Assembly: GCA_963796105.1 (NCBI GenBank)
Contig: CAWCKJ010000010.1
Location: 96,001-160,000 of the forward strand
From: a candidate division FCPU426 bacterium
GTDB lineage: Bacteria; Oederibacteriota; Muellerivitia; Muellerivitales; Muellerivitaceae
DNA length: 64,000 bases
Reading direction: 5' to 3'
Within the stretch, counting starts at the first letter, position 1. Each line of letters starts with the position of its first letter. Positions 49,395-61,533 of this stretch are shown one piece after another. The position numbers and the translations under genes are program-made. The notes beneath the pieces are model-generated. The model saw only the letters and a list, made by a program, of their open reading frames with translations, did no database searches and was not told where the DNA came from.

Positions 49395-49895
49395 ATGACT
49401 GAGGTTTTTTTAAACCATGACGCTCTCGCCGAGAAAATCCAGGGTCTCAAATCCCGGGGCAAGAAAATCGTTTTCGCCAACGGCTGTTTCGACCTGCTTC
49501 ACGTGGGGCATGTGCGATATCTGCGGGGCGCCAAGGCCCTGGGGGATGTGCTGGTGCTGGCCTTGAACTCCGATGACTCGGTCCGCAGACTAAAGGGTAA
49601 GGAAAGGCCCCTGCTCCCGCTGGAGGACAGACTGGGAATCCTTTCGGCTTTCGAGATGGTGGATTACATCACGGTTTTCAACGACGATACGGTCACGCCG
49701 CTTTTGCTGAAATTAAAACCGGACATCCACGCCAAGGGCACGGATTACACCCCCGAGACCGTGCCTGAAAAGGATACGGTCGCCTCCTACGGGGGAATAG
49801 TAGCGGTGGTGGGGGACCCGAAGGACCACGCCTCCAGGAACCTGATCAAAGAAATCCTGAGTAAATACGGCAGTCCAGAGGCCCGGAAAACTTGA
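49395..49895 (+). CDS. Heptose 1-phosphate nucleotidyltransferase (HldC/RfaE domain II), copy 1
   Basis: NGCFDLLHVGH, NSD.SVRRLKG..RP, KGTDY; C-terminal GDPKDHAS. Confidence 0.88.
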   Translation: MTEVFLNHDALAEKIQGLKSRGKKIVFANGCFDLLHVGHVRYLRGAKALGDVLVLALNSDDSVRRLKGKERPLLPLEDRLGILSAFEMVDYITVFNDDTVTPLLLKLKPDIHAKGTDYTPETVPEKDTVASYGGIVAVVGDPKDHASRNLIKEILSKYGSPEARKT

Positions 49896-50944
49896 ACCCG
49901 ACTTTCAAACCCCAGCACATCCTGGTTTCCCGCACGGATAAAATGGGGGACCTCCTGCTTTCCCTTCCGGTTTTTACCACCCTGAGGGCGAATTTTCCCC
50001 AAGCGAAGATTACGGCCCTCGTCAGCCCCTACGCCAGCGAGTTGGTTCAGGGCCACTCACGGGTGGACGCCGTCGAGCTGTTGAAGGAAGAGGAGAATGT
50101 CTCCCAACTGGCTGGGAGGTTGAAACGCCTCCACGCGGACACGTTCATCGCGCTTTATCCCCGCCCAAAGATCGTCATGGCGGCCTGGATGGCGGGCATT
50201 CCCCGGAGAATCGGGACCGCCTACCGGTGGTACGGGATGTTTTTCAACCAAAGGGTCAAGGTCCACCGATCGGCTTGCGACCGACATGAGCTTGAATACA
50301 ACTTGGATTTGATCGAGCCGCTGGGAGTCACCAGGCTTATCCCGAAAATCGAGTTTCCCGTGACGGATTTGGACCGGATTTTCGTCTCGGATTTTCTGCG
50401 GGAAAGGGGGCTTCCGCCTGGAAACAAGTATGTGGTGGTCCATCCCGGCCATAAGGACTCGGCCTTGAATTGGAGGCCCCAGAGGTACGCGGAACTTATC
50501 GAAATGCTAAGCCGGGAACCGGGTTTGAAGGTGGTGATCACGGGAGGCCCCGATGAAACGCCCCTGATCTCGCAAGTCAGCGCTTTTCTCCACTCCCTCG
50601 AGGCGGGGAACAAGCCGGTTCTGGTCATCGGAGAGCTTGGGTTCAAACAGCTGGGAGCCCTCTATGAGGGGGCAGATTGTTTCATATCCGGCTCGACCGG
50701 AACCATGCACCTGGCAGCCGCTGTCGGCACCCCGACCGTGGCCCTCTTTTGCCCCATCCCTGAAACCACTCCGGTCCGATGGGGCCCGGTGGGAAACGAG
50801 GCCACTGTCTTGATGCCCCATGAGTCGGAATGCGGCAATTGCAATTTGGGAACCTGCCAAAAACACGACCCGATGGACGGGATTCCGGTGGATGAGGTTT
50901 TCCAAGCTGTCCGGAAACATCGGGCGAAGGCTGAAAAGAAGTGA
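49892..50944 (+). CDS. GT9-family (heptosyl)transferase
   Basis: R.D.MGD.LL, HPG, W, STG.MHLAAAVG.PTV. Confidence 0.9.
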   Translation: MNPTFKPQHILVSRTDKMGDLLLSLPVFTTLRANFPQAKITALVSPYASELVQGHSRVDAVELLKEEENVSQLAGRLKRLHADTFIALYPRPKIVMAAWMAGIPRRIGTAYRWYGMFFNQRVKVHRSACDRHELEYNLDLIEPLGVTRLIPKIEFPVTDLDRIFVSDFLRERGLPPGNKYVVVHPGHKDSALNWRPQRYAELIEMLSREPGLKVVITGGPDETPLISQVSAFLHSLEAGNKPVLVIGELGFKQLGALYEGADCFISGSTGTMHLAAAVGTPTVALFCPIPETTPVRWGPVGNEATVLMPHESECGNCNLGTCQKHDPMDGIPVDEVFQAVRKHRAKAEKK

Positions 50945-52167
50945 CGGAAACCCACGATCATGAATCTTTCAAGCGAAACCGCCTGAAAATGAGTTTGCCG
51001 CCCATCCTGTTTATGTTTCTTCTTATTCTCCTGCTCCTTTCCGGATGCTCCCTTCTTTTCGTGGCAAAGGGAGGAACCCATTACAAGAACGGAAAAAGCG
51101 AGGAGGTTCCACCGGCGAAATCCCTTTCCAGGCAGATGGCCTATGACGTCGTGGAATACCATGTCCAGAAGGGGGACAGTCTGCCCCTGCTCTCGGAGGC
51201 TTACTATGGCGACAAGGGAAAAACAGAAAAAATAGCCATCTATAACCATTTGGATATGAAAGCCAGGCTCAGGCCCAAGATGCTATTGAGAATCCCAACC
51301 CCCCTTTATTTTCCGAACCCAGCGGATATCAAGAGAAACAAGACTGAATCCAGCCTGAAAAAGAAAAATCCTAATGCTTCAAATAGCCCCAGCCCCACTC
51401 CCGATCCCTTGATGAGGAAAATCTCAAAATTAGCGAGACCCAAGATCAATAGGGCTTTCGCCCCAGGGGAAAGGCTCAAGTTCGAGGTAAGGGTCCTTTC
51501 CATGCTGGGAGGCTACGCCACCCTGGAAGTAGGAAAATTCTTAAATGTCGCGGGGAGGCCCTGCCTGCCCTTGAGCGTCCACACGAATTCCACCATGCCC
51601 CTGACCACCTTTTATCCGGTCGGGGATGTCCAGGTGAGCTACATGGACGCTGTGGACTTTCTTACCTGGAAATTCCAGAACAACATCCATGAAGGGGATT
51701 ACCGGACTCAAAACCTGGAGATTTACGACCAATTGAGGCACCGGATGACGCGAAAGCACAACCAGGACCCGCTTTTGGAAATGGATATCGCGCCTTATTC
51801 CCAAGACATCATTTCCTGTTTCTATTATTTCCGCCTTTTGCCCATTGAGCTTGGGAAGGTCTATTCGGTTCCCACCCAGTCGAGCGGTAAGAATTACCAG
51901 TTGATCGTTCGGGTTGTGAGAAGGGAAAGCGTCACTGTGCCGGCGGGGACTTTCGACTGTTTTGTCTTGAAGCCCGTCATCCGGGAGGAGACTATTTTCC
52001 GGAACAAGGGGGATATCGACATCTGGGTCACTGCCGACGAGCGCCACATCCCGGTCAAGGCCCAAAGCGGAATCGTCATCGGTCATGTCGATGTCGACCT
52101 TCTGGACGCCAACCTGCCGCCCATAGGAAATGGATCAATTAATTCATGGCTTAGTACAGCGCGTTAG
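50941..52167 (+). CDS. Lipoprotein with LysM and DUF3108-like domains
   Basis: Lipobox LSGC, YHVQKGDSL..L...YYG LysM, GE.L.F and TVPAGTFDC motifs. Confidence 0.75.
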   Translation: MTETHDHESFKRNRLKMSLPPILFMFLLILLLLSGCSLLFVAKGGTHYKNGKSEEVPPAKSLSRQMAYDVVEYHVQKGDSLPLLSEAYYGDKGKTEKIAIYNHLDMKARLRPKMLLRIPTPLYFPNPADIKRNKTESSLKKKNPNASNSPSPTPDPLMRKISKLARPKINRAFAPGERLKFEVRVLSMLGGYATLEVGKFLNVAGRPCLPLSVHTNSTMPLTTFYPVGDVQVSYMDAVDFLTWKFQNNIHEGDYRTQNLEIYDQLRHRMTRKHNQDPLLEMDIAPYSQDIISCFYYFRLLPIELGKVYSVPTQSSGKNYQLIVRVVRRESVTVPAGTFDCFVLKPVIREETIFRNKGDIDIWVTADERHIPVKAQSGIVIGHVDVDLLDANLPPIGNGSINSWLSTAR

Positions 52168-53458
52168 ACCGTCTCTCGCCCAATAGGTGGTAGTTTTTTT
52201 CCTGGATGGCTTTCATGACCAACGGGCGGTTGCTGTAGAGGGAAAGAGGGGCGTTGATTTTTTCCACGATATATCCCCCCCAGAGCCAAAGACTGGCCGC
52301 CAGACAAAGTATCCCTATTACTCTGAAATACCGGATCGAGCTTAATTCCTCCCAAACATAGAAGGAATAAAGAATCACGACGGGAATCAGGACGTAATAG
52401 ATATGGGCGAGGGGTTCCTTGTAGGTGAACCAAAAGCTCGCGTAAACCATTAAGAAAGTTCCCAGGCCCAACGCCGTGACCACCCGTTTTTGCCCGCCCC
52501 AGAATATGCCCCCGAAGACGAGTAAAACTAAAGGCTGAAGCCAACCTGTCAGGAGCAGGAATATTCCGGGCGGGACCAGCCAAGGCGCGCTTTTGAAAAA
52601 GCCCATCCGCTGGGGCGTGTGCTGGCCGATGAAACGGGGAATCTCAAAGCTGGCGAGGGAGAAATACCGGGCCAGGACCGTGAAAAAAGCGAGGAAATTA
52701 TCCGGGCAAAACAGCCGGGCTGTTCCTGTTCCCCCCGCGCCCTGGGACCAGCCGTATTTGAGAAAAGTCGGTAGCAAAAGCGCCGCGACTGGCAAAAGGC
52801 CTAGCAGGAAACCAGAGGCGGAAGTTAATAATTTCAGGCGGTTTTCCCTTGCTTGAAAAAAGAAAGATGCCGCCACAAAGGGAAGCAGAAGAATCCAGGA
52901 AAAATGGAATTGCATGTTCCAAAAGAGGCCGAAACCCATCAAGGCAAATGCCCAAGGGGTCGAAAACCAATGGGTGGATAAAGAGGGAACCGCCTCCAGG
53001 AATCCCATGAAAAATAGGATGCTCCCAAAAAGAAGCCAAGCGGGATTAATGAGGCTGGTGGACTCGTGGAGATTCCAGGGAAGAAGGGCAATCCAGGCGA
53101 AGATGAACAAAAAGGGGACGTTTTTAACCCGGCGGGAGACACACTTGGCGAAAAGGGCCAGCGCCGTTAGGGAGAGAAGGTTCAACAAGAGAAAAGGGGC
53201 TTCTGGAGCGGGCCAAACGAACAGGGGCAAGCCGATCAACAATCCTTCCAAGGGGCCGGGGATCTGGGTGTAAAAACCAGTTTCTGTCACAATGAGGTCC
53301 GGGCCGAAATAGGGCCAAGTGTGGGTGGTGTAGCATTTCAAACCGGTCAGGAAGGTTTGGGTCTCATCGACGTCGAAGAAGGGCTGGGTGAAACCGAACA
53401 GGGTTCTCAGGGCCAAGAGGAAGAGAAAAAGCAGGATGAACTTCGATCTATTAGACAA
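52151..53458 (-). CDS. Polytopic membrane protein, possible GT-C glycosyltransferase
   Basis: About 11 TMs, DE motif after first TM, QFH.S. Confidence 0.65.
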   Translation of the reverse strand: MSNRSKFILLFLFLLALRTLFGFTQPFFDVDETQTFLTGLKCYTTHTWPYFGPDLIVTETGFYTQIPGPLEGLLIGLPLFVWPAPEAPFLLLNLLSLTALALFAKCVSRRVKNVPFLFIFAWIALLPWNLHESTSLINPAWLLFGSILFFMGFLEAVPSLSTHWFSTPWAFALMGFGLFWNMQFHFSWILLLPFVAASFFFQARENRLKLLTSASGFLLGLLPVAALLLPTFLKYGWSQGAGGTGTARLFCPDNFLAFFTVLARYFSLASFEIPRFIGQHTPQRMGFFKSAPWLVPPGIFLLLTGWLQPLVLLVFGGIFWGGQKRVVTALGLGTFLMVYASFWFTYKEPLAHIYYVLIPVVILYSFYVWEELSSIRYFRVIGILCLAASLWLWGGYIVEKINAPLSLYSNRPLVMKAIQEKNYHLLGERRSNALY

Positions 53459-53658
53459 TTTATCTCCTGTTCCCCTCGGACGGGCATGAGCTACATTTGG
53501 GAATAAAACCAGGGGGAATTCTTGGAAAAGACTGAAGTTATTATGGTTTGGCGCTCAGCGCCGTTCAAGTATTTTAGGCCAGACCCGAAAGATGGCTGCT
53601 GGATTAAATGTAATGTCGGCGTTAAAATGTGACGTTATTTTTTCAAGGAGAGGTTTCC

Positions 53659-54228
53659 ATGATTGAGAAGATCCGTGGCCGGATTGAGGAAAGCATCCAG
53701 GTCAAACACAACCTTCTGTCCAAGTGCCTGCCCCAAATCGAGAAGGCGGCGGACGTCCTGGTGAAAGCTTACCTGCGGGGAAACAAGGCCGTTTTCTTCG
53801 GCAACGGCGGAAGCGCGGCTGACGCCCAGCATATCGCGGCTGAATTGGTGGGGGACTACCTGAAACGCCGCCGGGCGCTGATGGCCCTAGCCCTTCACAC
53901 CAACACCTCTACCCTGACAGCTTTGGGCAATGATTATGGATACGACCAGGTTTATTCCCACCAGATCGAGGGCTTATGCGTTGAAGGCGACGTGGCGGTC
54001 GGGATTTCCACCTCTGGCAACTCGAAGAACGTCCTGGAGGGACTGATCTCCGCGAAAAAAGTGAAAGCCCACACCATCGGCCTGTTGGGCCGCGACGGCG
54101 GGAAAATCGCCAAGGAAGTGGAAGTGGCCATCGTGGTTCCGGCCTCCGGAACCGACAGGATCCAGGAATGCCATATGCTGATGGGCCATATCTTTTGCGA
54201 GTTGATCGAATCCGCGATGTTCCCCTGA
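53659..54228 (+). CDS. gmhA: Sedoheptulose 7-phosphate isomerase
   Basis: GNGGSAADAQH, NDYGY, ISTSGNS.N, RIQE.H. Confidence 0.96.
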   Translation: MIEKIRGRIEESIQVKHNLLSKCLPQIEKAADVLVKAYLRGNKAVFFGNGGSAADAQHIAAELVGDYLKRRRALMALALHTNTSTLTALGNDYGYDQVYSHQIEGLCVEGDVAVGISTSGNSKNVLEGLISAKKVKAHTIGLLGRDGGKIAKEVEVAIVVPASGTDRIQECHMLMGHIFCELIESAMFP

Positions 54229-54275
54229 CAGATTCACGTAAGCCCGCCGTTATCCGAAGTTTTACGGAGCGCCTC

Positions 54276-55295
54276 ATGATTGAAAAAAAGTCCGCCTCGA
54301 CCCAAGTGGATATGGAAATCCTTTTATCCCTGATCAAGGAATTCCCGAAACGCAAAGTAGTTGTCATTGGGGACGTGATGCTGGACGTTTACATAAAAGG
54401 CGCGGTGGCCCGCATTTCCCCGGAAGCCCCGATTCCTGTGGTGGAAATCAACGCGAAAGACCAAAAAATGCCGGGCGGGGCCGCCAACGTGGCCGCTAAC
54501 ATCACGGCCTTGGGTGGGCAATCTGGAATCATTGGGGCGGTTGGGAAGGATAACGCCGGCCGGGAACTGATGCATGAGCTAAGGTTACGAAAGGTGGGAA
54601 CGAAAGGCCTTATGGCCCTTTCGGACCGGCCGACGACAGAGAAAACCAGGGTCATCGCCAACACCCAGCAGGTCGTTAGGATCGACCGTGAAGTGAAGTC
54701 GGTTCTCAGCCCGAAACAACAGGACCAAGTCATTCAAAAAGCCATCCAAGCCGTGCGGAACGCGGACGGCGTCATTTTCGAGGATTACAACAAGGGGCTC
54801 TTGTCAGCCAGGGTCATCCGGAAAATCGTCTCATTCGCGAGGGCCCACAAGAAAATCATCACCGTGGACCCGAAGTTCCATAATTTCTTCGAGTTCCAGG
54901 GAGTCGCGGTCATGAAACCTAACATGAAGGAAGTCATGGAGGCTTTGGGTTCCGAAGCCCAGGGGGAAAGTTATGAGACCATCGGTTTCAAGGTCATGAA
55001 ACGCCTGAACTGCCAGTCGGTGGTCTTGACCCGGAGCGAACAGGGGATGACCCTCTTCGAGAAGGGCCAACCCATCCGCACCATTCCTACGGTAGCCCGC
55101 GAGGTTTATGACGTCTCGGGCGCCGGCGACACGGTTATCGCCACATTGACCCTGGCCCTGACGGCCGGAGCCAACCTGATTCAGGCCGCGACTCTCGCTA
55201 ATTACGCGGCAGGGATCGAGGTGGGCAAGCTGGGTGTGGCCACGGTTTCCGCCGAGGAGCTCAACCAGCGTATCCGCGAGGATATGGACCGTTGA
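54276..55295 (+). CDS. Heptose 7-phosphate kinase (HldA/RfaE domain I), copy 2
   Basis: GDVMLD, RISPEAPIPV, GGAANVA.N, DYNKG, VDPK, DVSGAGDTV. Confidence 0.92.
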   Translation: MIEKKSASTQVDMEILLSLIKEFPKRKVVVIGDVMLDVYIKGAVARISPEAPIPVVEINAKDQKMPGGAANVAANITALGGQSGIIGAVGKDNAGRELMHELRLRKVGTKGLMALSDRPTTEKTRVIANTQQVVRIDREVKSVLSPKQQDQVIQKAIQAVRNADGVIFEDYNKGLLSARVIRKIVSFARAHKKIITVDPKFHNFFEFQGVAVMKPNMKEVMEALGSEAQGESYETIGFKVMKRLNCQSVVLTRSEQGMTLFEKGQPIRTIPTVAREVYDVSGAGDTVIATLTLALTAGANLIQAATLANYAAGIEVGKLGVATVSAEELNQRIREDMDR

Positions 55296-55370
55296 CCGCC
55301 GGAGAAATCAACAATTGTTAATTACAATGAAAAATAGTTGTTCATTCGAGACTTGGATTATTAAAAAGTA

Positions 55371-56507
55371 ATGCTCACTCATCCTCTCTTCTGGATTTAC
55401 CTGTTTATCCAATTGCGGATATTCCTGCATCTGACGAATTCCGTCAGTTTCCATCCCCGCTGGAGAATCAACGAAACTTCCTGGACCCTTTTTTGGACCA
55501 TCCTGTTCCTATCCTCCCAAACCCTCCTGAGTTTTTATTTGATGAGGGAGTGGGATTTTGCCTTTTGGGAATGGCCGATTCTTTCCGGGCCCTGCAAGCT
55601 TTTCAGCGCTGGCGTTTATGGCTGGGGTGGATACTTATGGTTGAATCATCCTTACTGGGTGATTTTCAAGAAGAAAAAGCCCTTGTACAAGCTCTTGTCC
55701 CGCAAGAAAGTCCAAGTGCCCGCGAAGTTCAAGGCACCCTTTGGTTTTCTCAAGTCCATTGGTTTGGAAAACCAGATATACCAACCGGAGATCTTGGAAT
55801 ATGAGGTGGGGCTTCCAGGATGGCCTGAGGCGTTTTCGGGCCTGTCCATCGTCCAGATCTCCGATGTCCATTACGGGAAATACGTCCCATTGAGTTACTT
55901 GAAAATCGTGTTTGAGGCCGCGAAAAAGCTGAAACCCGACCTTTACGCTTTCACGGGGGATTATATTTCATTTGAAAAGGACATTCGGGCCCTGAAGGGA
56001 TTATTCAAGGGATTCAAGGCTCCATTGGGGGTTTACTCCCTCCTGGGAAACCACGACCATTGGGCCGACGCTCCCGCCGTTCAAAAAATACTCGAGGCGG
56101 ACGGGGTCCGGGTCCTGCGCAACGATGTCGTTTATTTGAAGAGAAAGAACAAAACCCTGGCCCTGATGGCGGTGGATGATTTTTGGGTGGGGGACCGGGA
56201 TGACCGTCCTGTTCTATCGGCCAAAGGAGATGCCAAGATCCTGCTGGCGCACCAGCCAGCCCATCTTTACTTGGCCAAGCGCCTCGGGGCCCACCTGCAG
56301 ATTTCGGGACATTGCCACGGCGGCCAGATCTGTTTTCCCATCCTGGGCCCAGTGATCATTCCCTCGGTCGAAGGACGAAAATACGCCGGAGGATTCGTGA
56401 GGGAGGAAAATACCACCCTCTTTATCCATCGCGGCATCGGTGGATATCCCCCCCTGCGAACCCTTTGCCCTCCGGAAATTGTAAAACTCATCTTGAGGCC
56501 CGCCTGA
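55371..56507 (+). CDS. Membrane-anchored metallophosphoesterase
   Basis: SDVH, GD, GNHD, LLAH.P, GH.HGGQ. Confidence 0.9.
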   Translation: MLTHPLFWIYLFIQLRIFLHLTNSVSFHPRWRINETSWTLFWTILFLSSQTLLSFYLMREWDFAFWEWPILSGPCKLFSAGVYGWGGYLWLNHPYWVIFKKKKPLYKLLSRKKVQVPAKFKAPFGFLKSIGLENQIYQPEILEYEVGLPGWPEAFSGLSIVQISDVHYGKYVPLSYLKIVFEAAKKLKPDLYAFTGDYISFEKDIRALKGLFKGFKAPLGVYSLLGNHDHWADAPAVQKILEADGVRVLRNDVVYLKRKNKTLALMAVDDFWVGDRDDRPVLSAKGDAKILLAHQPAHLYLAKRLGAHLQISGHCHGGQICFPILGPVIIPSVEGRKYAGGFVREENTTLFIHRGIGGYPPLRTLCPPEIVKLILRPA

Positions 56508-56627
56508 AAACACCCTGAAAATTTTTTTAATTTCCTATTTTGAGTTTTTTAATTCGGTTGAAAGTTCCGGTTGCTACTTCACAAGTCTTTCCCTATAATC
56601 AAATATCCCAAGTGAAGTTGAGATGAA

Positions 56628-57110
56628 TTGGATCATTTTTTAGAGCCTTCCCAATTAGCGCCCGTCCTTAAAAACCTTCAAAATCAAGGTCAAAAAGTAG
56701 TCTTCACCAACGGTGTTTTCGATCTTCTGCATTTGGGCCATGTCACCTATCTCCAGGAGGCCCGGAAACAGGGCGACTTGCTGGTGGTGGGGCTCAATTC
56801 CGACACTTCAGTCAAGCGCATCAAAGGCCCTTTAAAACCCCTCCTGCCGTTGGAAGAACGCGCTGAAATGCTCTTGGCCCTCTCCTGTGTGGATTACACC
56901 ACATTCTTTGAGGAGGACAATCCCTTCAATGTCATCCAAATCCTCCAGCCCGACGTGCTGGTCAAGGGGGGGGATTGGGCCATCGACAAGATCATCGGAG
57001 GGGATTTAGTGCAAGCCAGGGGCGGGAAAGTCATGAACATACCAGTGGTGGAAGGTCGTTCAACGACTAATCTAATAGAAATGGTGGTTAAAAGATTTGG
57101 AAAGAAGTAA
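56628..57110 (+). CDS. Heptose 1-phosphate nucleotidyltransferase (HldC/RfaE domain II), copy 2
   Basis: FTNG.FDLLH.GH, NSD.SV..KG, KGGDW, GRSTT. Confidence 0.92.
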   Translation: MDHFLEPSQLAPVLKNLQNQGQKVVFTNGVFDLLHLGHVTYLQEARKQGDLLVVGLNSDTSVKRIKGPLKPLLPLEERAEMLLALSCVDYTTFFEEDNPFNVIQILQPDVLVKGGDWAIDKIIGGDLVQARGGKVMNIPVVEGRSTTNLIEMVVKRFGKK

Positions 57111-57112
57111 TT

Positions 57113-57219
57113 ATAAATTTTGAGTTTTAAATTCTAAATTTAAGAAATTTTTCAACCCGGATTAGGGGTTGAAAAATAACGTTCATTTAAAATTAAAAAT
57201 TCAACATTCAGAATTTTGA
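57113..57219. repeat. AT-rich ~7-nt-period inverted repeat with central hairpin (family 4)
   Basis: TTTTGAGTTTTAAATTCTAAATT ... TTTTTCAACCC/GGGTTGAAAAA ... ATTTAAAATTAAAAATTCAACATTCAGAATT. Confidence 0.6.
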
Positions 57220-57240
57220 AACCGAGGACAAAAGGGAAAT

Positions 57241-57984
57241 ATGGGTAAAAAAATAATAAGAATCGTGGGTGTCATTCCATCCCGCTTTGGGGCCCAGCGT
57301 TTCCCTGGAAAGCCATTGGTCTTGATCGTGGGTATTCCCATGATCGTGAGAGTCATTCAGCAAGCTCAAAAGGCCAAGCGATTGGACGCTGTTTGGGTGG
57401 CTACGGACGACCATCGCATTGCCGATGTAGTGGAAAAGACGGGAGCAAAGGCGGTCATGACGCCTTCCAGCCTTAAATCCGGGACGGACCGCATCGCTTG
57501 GGCGGTTCGGGGCTTGAAATTGGATATCGTGGTGAACATCCAGGGGGATGAGCCGGTCATGGCTCCCGGGGCCATTGACGCGGCGGTGGAAGTGCTAAGG
57601 AAAGAACCGAAAGTGCTCATGTCGACTGTCGTGATTCCCCTTTCGAATAAGAGGGAATGGGTTGATCCCAATGTGGTGAAGGCTGTTTTGAGACCCAATG
57701 GAGATGTGCTTTATTTTTCCCGTGCTCCTATTCCCCATCCCCGCGAGGGAGGGATGCCGAAAGCTTACAAGCATATGGGCCTTTACGGGTACCGCCTTCC
57801 CTGGCTGTTGAAAATGGCGGGATTGAAGCCCACCCCCTTGGAATTGACCGAGAAGCTGGAGCAATTGCGGGCCATGGAAAACGGGGTCGTCATCCGGGCC
57901 GCCGTGAGAAAGGTGGAATCCATCGCGGTGGACGTACCGGCTGACGTGAAAAAGGTGGAGGCGTTCTTAAAAAAGAAACTATGA
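57241..57984 (+). CDS. kdsB: CMP-Kdo synthetase
   Basis: IP.R....RFPGKPL, VATDD, SGTDR, N.QGDEP, LYFSR, E.LEQLR. Confidence 0.97.
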   Translation: MGKKIIRIVGVIPSRFGAQRFPGKPLVLIVGIPMIVRVIQQAQKAKRLDAVWVATDDHRIADVVEKTGAKAVMTPSSLKSGTDRIAWAVRGLKLDIVVNIQGDEPVMAPGAIDAAVEVLRKEPKVLMSTVVIPLSNKREWVDPNVVKAVLRPNGDVLYFSRAPIPHPREGGMPKAYKHMGLYGYRLPWLLKMAGLKPTPLELTEKLEQLRAMENGVVIRAAVRKVESIAVDVPADVKKVEAFLKKKL

Positions 57985-57999
57985 AAACTCAATTTTTAA

Positions 58000-59679
<1,680 letters not shown>

Positions 59680-59690
59680 AAGGATTTTGA

Positions 59691-60497
59691 ATGATGGACG
59701 TCACCCAACTGGGGAAAAAAGGAAAATTCTTCGTGATCGCGGGGCCCTGCGTGATCGAGGGCGAAAACTTCGCGCTCGAGACCGCGAAGACCATTAAATC
59801 CATCACTGGAAAACTCGGGATTCAATTGGTGTTCAAAGCCTCCTACGACAAGGCCAATCGGAGTTCAGGAGACAGCTTCAGGGGTCCTGGTTTGATGGAA
59901 GGACTGGATATCCTAGCCAGGGTGAAAAAGGTCCTAGGGATTCCCATCCTTGTGGATGTCCATGAGGTCTCGGAGGTGGGACCGGCTTCCCGGGTGGCGG
60001 ATGTGCTCCAAATACCAGCGTTTCTTTCCCGCCAGACGAGCCTTCTCCTGGAGGCGGGACGCCTGGGAAAAGTTGTGAACGTCAAGAAAGGCCAGTTTAT
60101 GGCCCCCCTTGAGATGACGAACGTCGTGAAAAAATTACACGGTACGGGACAGAAGAACATCTGGCTGACCGAGCGAGGAACCTCCTTCGGATACAACAAC
60201 CTGGTGGTGGATTTTCGGGGAATACCAGAAATGAGAAAAACCGGATGCCCGGTCATCTTTGACGGAACCCATAGCGTCCAGCAACCTGCCGCCAAGGGCA
60301 CATCCTCCGGCGGTACCCGGGAGCATGTGCCTATGCTGACGCGCGCGGCCGTGGCCGCCGGAGTGGACGGCCTATTCCTGGAAGTTCATCCCAACCCGCC
60401 CAAGGCCAAGTCCGACGCAGCTACCCAAATCACATTCGAGACATTCCGCCGGATTCTGAAAGACGCTCTCGCCATCCGTAAAACGCTTCGTGTTTAA
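59691..60497 (+). CDS. kdsA: Kdo 8-phosphate synthase
   Basis: IAGPCVIE, KASYDKANRSS, QIPAFL.RQT, KKGQF, D.THSVQ.P. Confidence 0.97.
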   Translation: MMDVTQLGKKGKFFVIAGPCVIEGENFALETAKTIKSITGKLGIQLVFKASYDKANRSSGDSFRGPGLMEGLDILARVKKVLGIPILVDVHEVSEVGPASRVADVLQIPAFLSRQTSLLLEAGRLGKVVNVKKGQFMAPLEMTNVVKKLHGTGQKNIWLTERGTSFGYNNLVVDFRGIPEMRKTGCPVIFDGTHSVQQPAAKGTSSGGTREHVPMLTRAAVAAGVDGLFLEVHPNPPKAKSDAATQITFETFRRILKDALAIRKTLRV

Positions 60498-60539
60498 TTT
60501 AAAATTTAGCATTCAAAATTCATAATTCCCGGAGGGTTC

Positions 60540-60947
60540 GTGCCTTACCAAATCTACAGCGATGGCGCTTCACGGGGAAATCCCGGACCGGCGGGCATTG
60601 GGGCGGTAATCTTCGATGACAAGGGGGAGACCATCCACGAAATCGCCGAATATATCGGGGAAACCACAAACAACGTGGCGGAGTACGAAGCCCTGCTTGC
60701 GGCTCTTGATTATTGCGTGAAGAAAAAAATTTCACCCGTTGAAATCCTCGCCGACAGCCAGCTGCTTATTAAACAGCTCTCCGGCGAATACAGGGTCAAA
60801 CACCCGAACATCGTTCCCTTGCACCAGAAAGCCAGAAGTTATCTCGCCCAATTAAAGGTGGTTGGCTTCAAGCACGTCCCCCGCGAATTCAACAAGGCCG
60901 CGGACAAGCTGGCCAACCAGGGAATAGACGATCATTTTTCCAGCTGA
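60540..60947 (+). CDS. rnhA: Ribonuclease HI (short type)
   Basis: DGASRGNPG.AG, TNN.AEY, DS.L, VPRE.N..AD.LAN. Confidence 0.92.
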   Translation: MPYQIYSDGASRGNPGPAGIGAVIFDDKGETIHEIAEYIGETTNNVAEYEALLAALDYCVKKKISPVEILADSQLLIKQLSGEYRVKHPNIVPLHQKARSYLAQLKVVGFKHVPREFNKAADKLANQGIDDHFSS

Positions 60948-61019
60948 AATAGATTGGAAACCTTCGATTTGCTGATTTCCCGCGCTGGATTTTGCCCCTT
61001 TTTGGCTTTATCATTCACC

Positions 61020-61399
61020 TGGAAGCAGGCCGTGACCGCGCTCCAGGCTCATTGGGCCTGGGTGTGAGGAAAGTCCGAACTCCGCAGGACAAGATGCTGG
61101 GTAACGCCCAGTCGCCACGACAATGGTGAAGGAAAGTGCCACAGAAAATAAACCGCCTTCCGCAAGGGAGGTAAGGGTGAAATGGTGGGGTAAGAGCCCA
61201 CCGCGTTTCCAGCGATGGAAACGGCATGGCAAACCCCATCCGGAGCAAGACCAAATAGGGAGGCTTTGGGGCTGTCCGTCCCATCCTTTTCCAATCCGGA
61301 AAGGGAGGCCTTCGGGTACGGTCGCAAAGACGGGGCCGGTAACGGTATCCGCAAGAGAAATGGTCACATTCACAGAATTCGGCTTATGACCTGCTTCCA
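61020..61399 (+). ncRNA. rnpB: RNase P RNA, bacterial type A
   Basis: P1 TGGAAGCAGG/CCTGCTTCCA, GAGGAAAGTCCG, AGTGCCACAGAAA, GGTAAGAGC, GGCAAACCCC, ACAGAA..CGGCTTAT. Confidence 0.97.
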
Positions 61400-61533
61400 T
61401 TTATATTCAACCCCGGAAACGGGGAACTTTTTAAAAAATGATTCACCAGGTTAGCGGAAGGCCGTCGATAGGACGGTCTTTTTATTTAGCCCTTTTTCTC
61501 TCCGCGACCCCCAGGTGGAATATGGGGTAAAAA

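Noticed and set aside
61011..61454. ORFs overlapping 61.0-61.4 kb
   Set aside because: Region is fully explained by RNase P RNA
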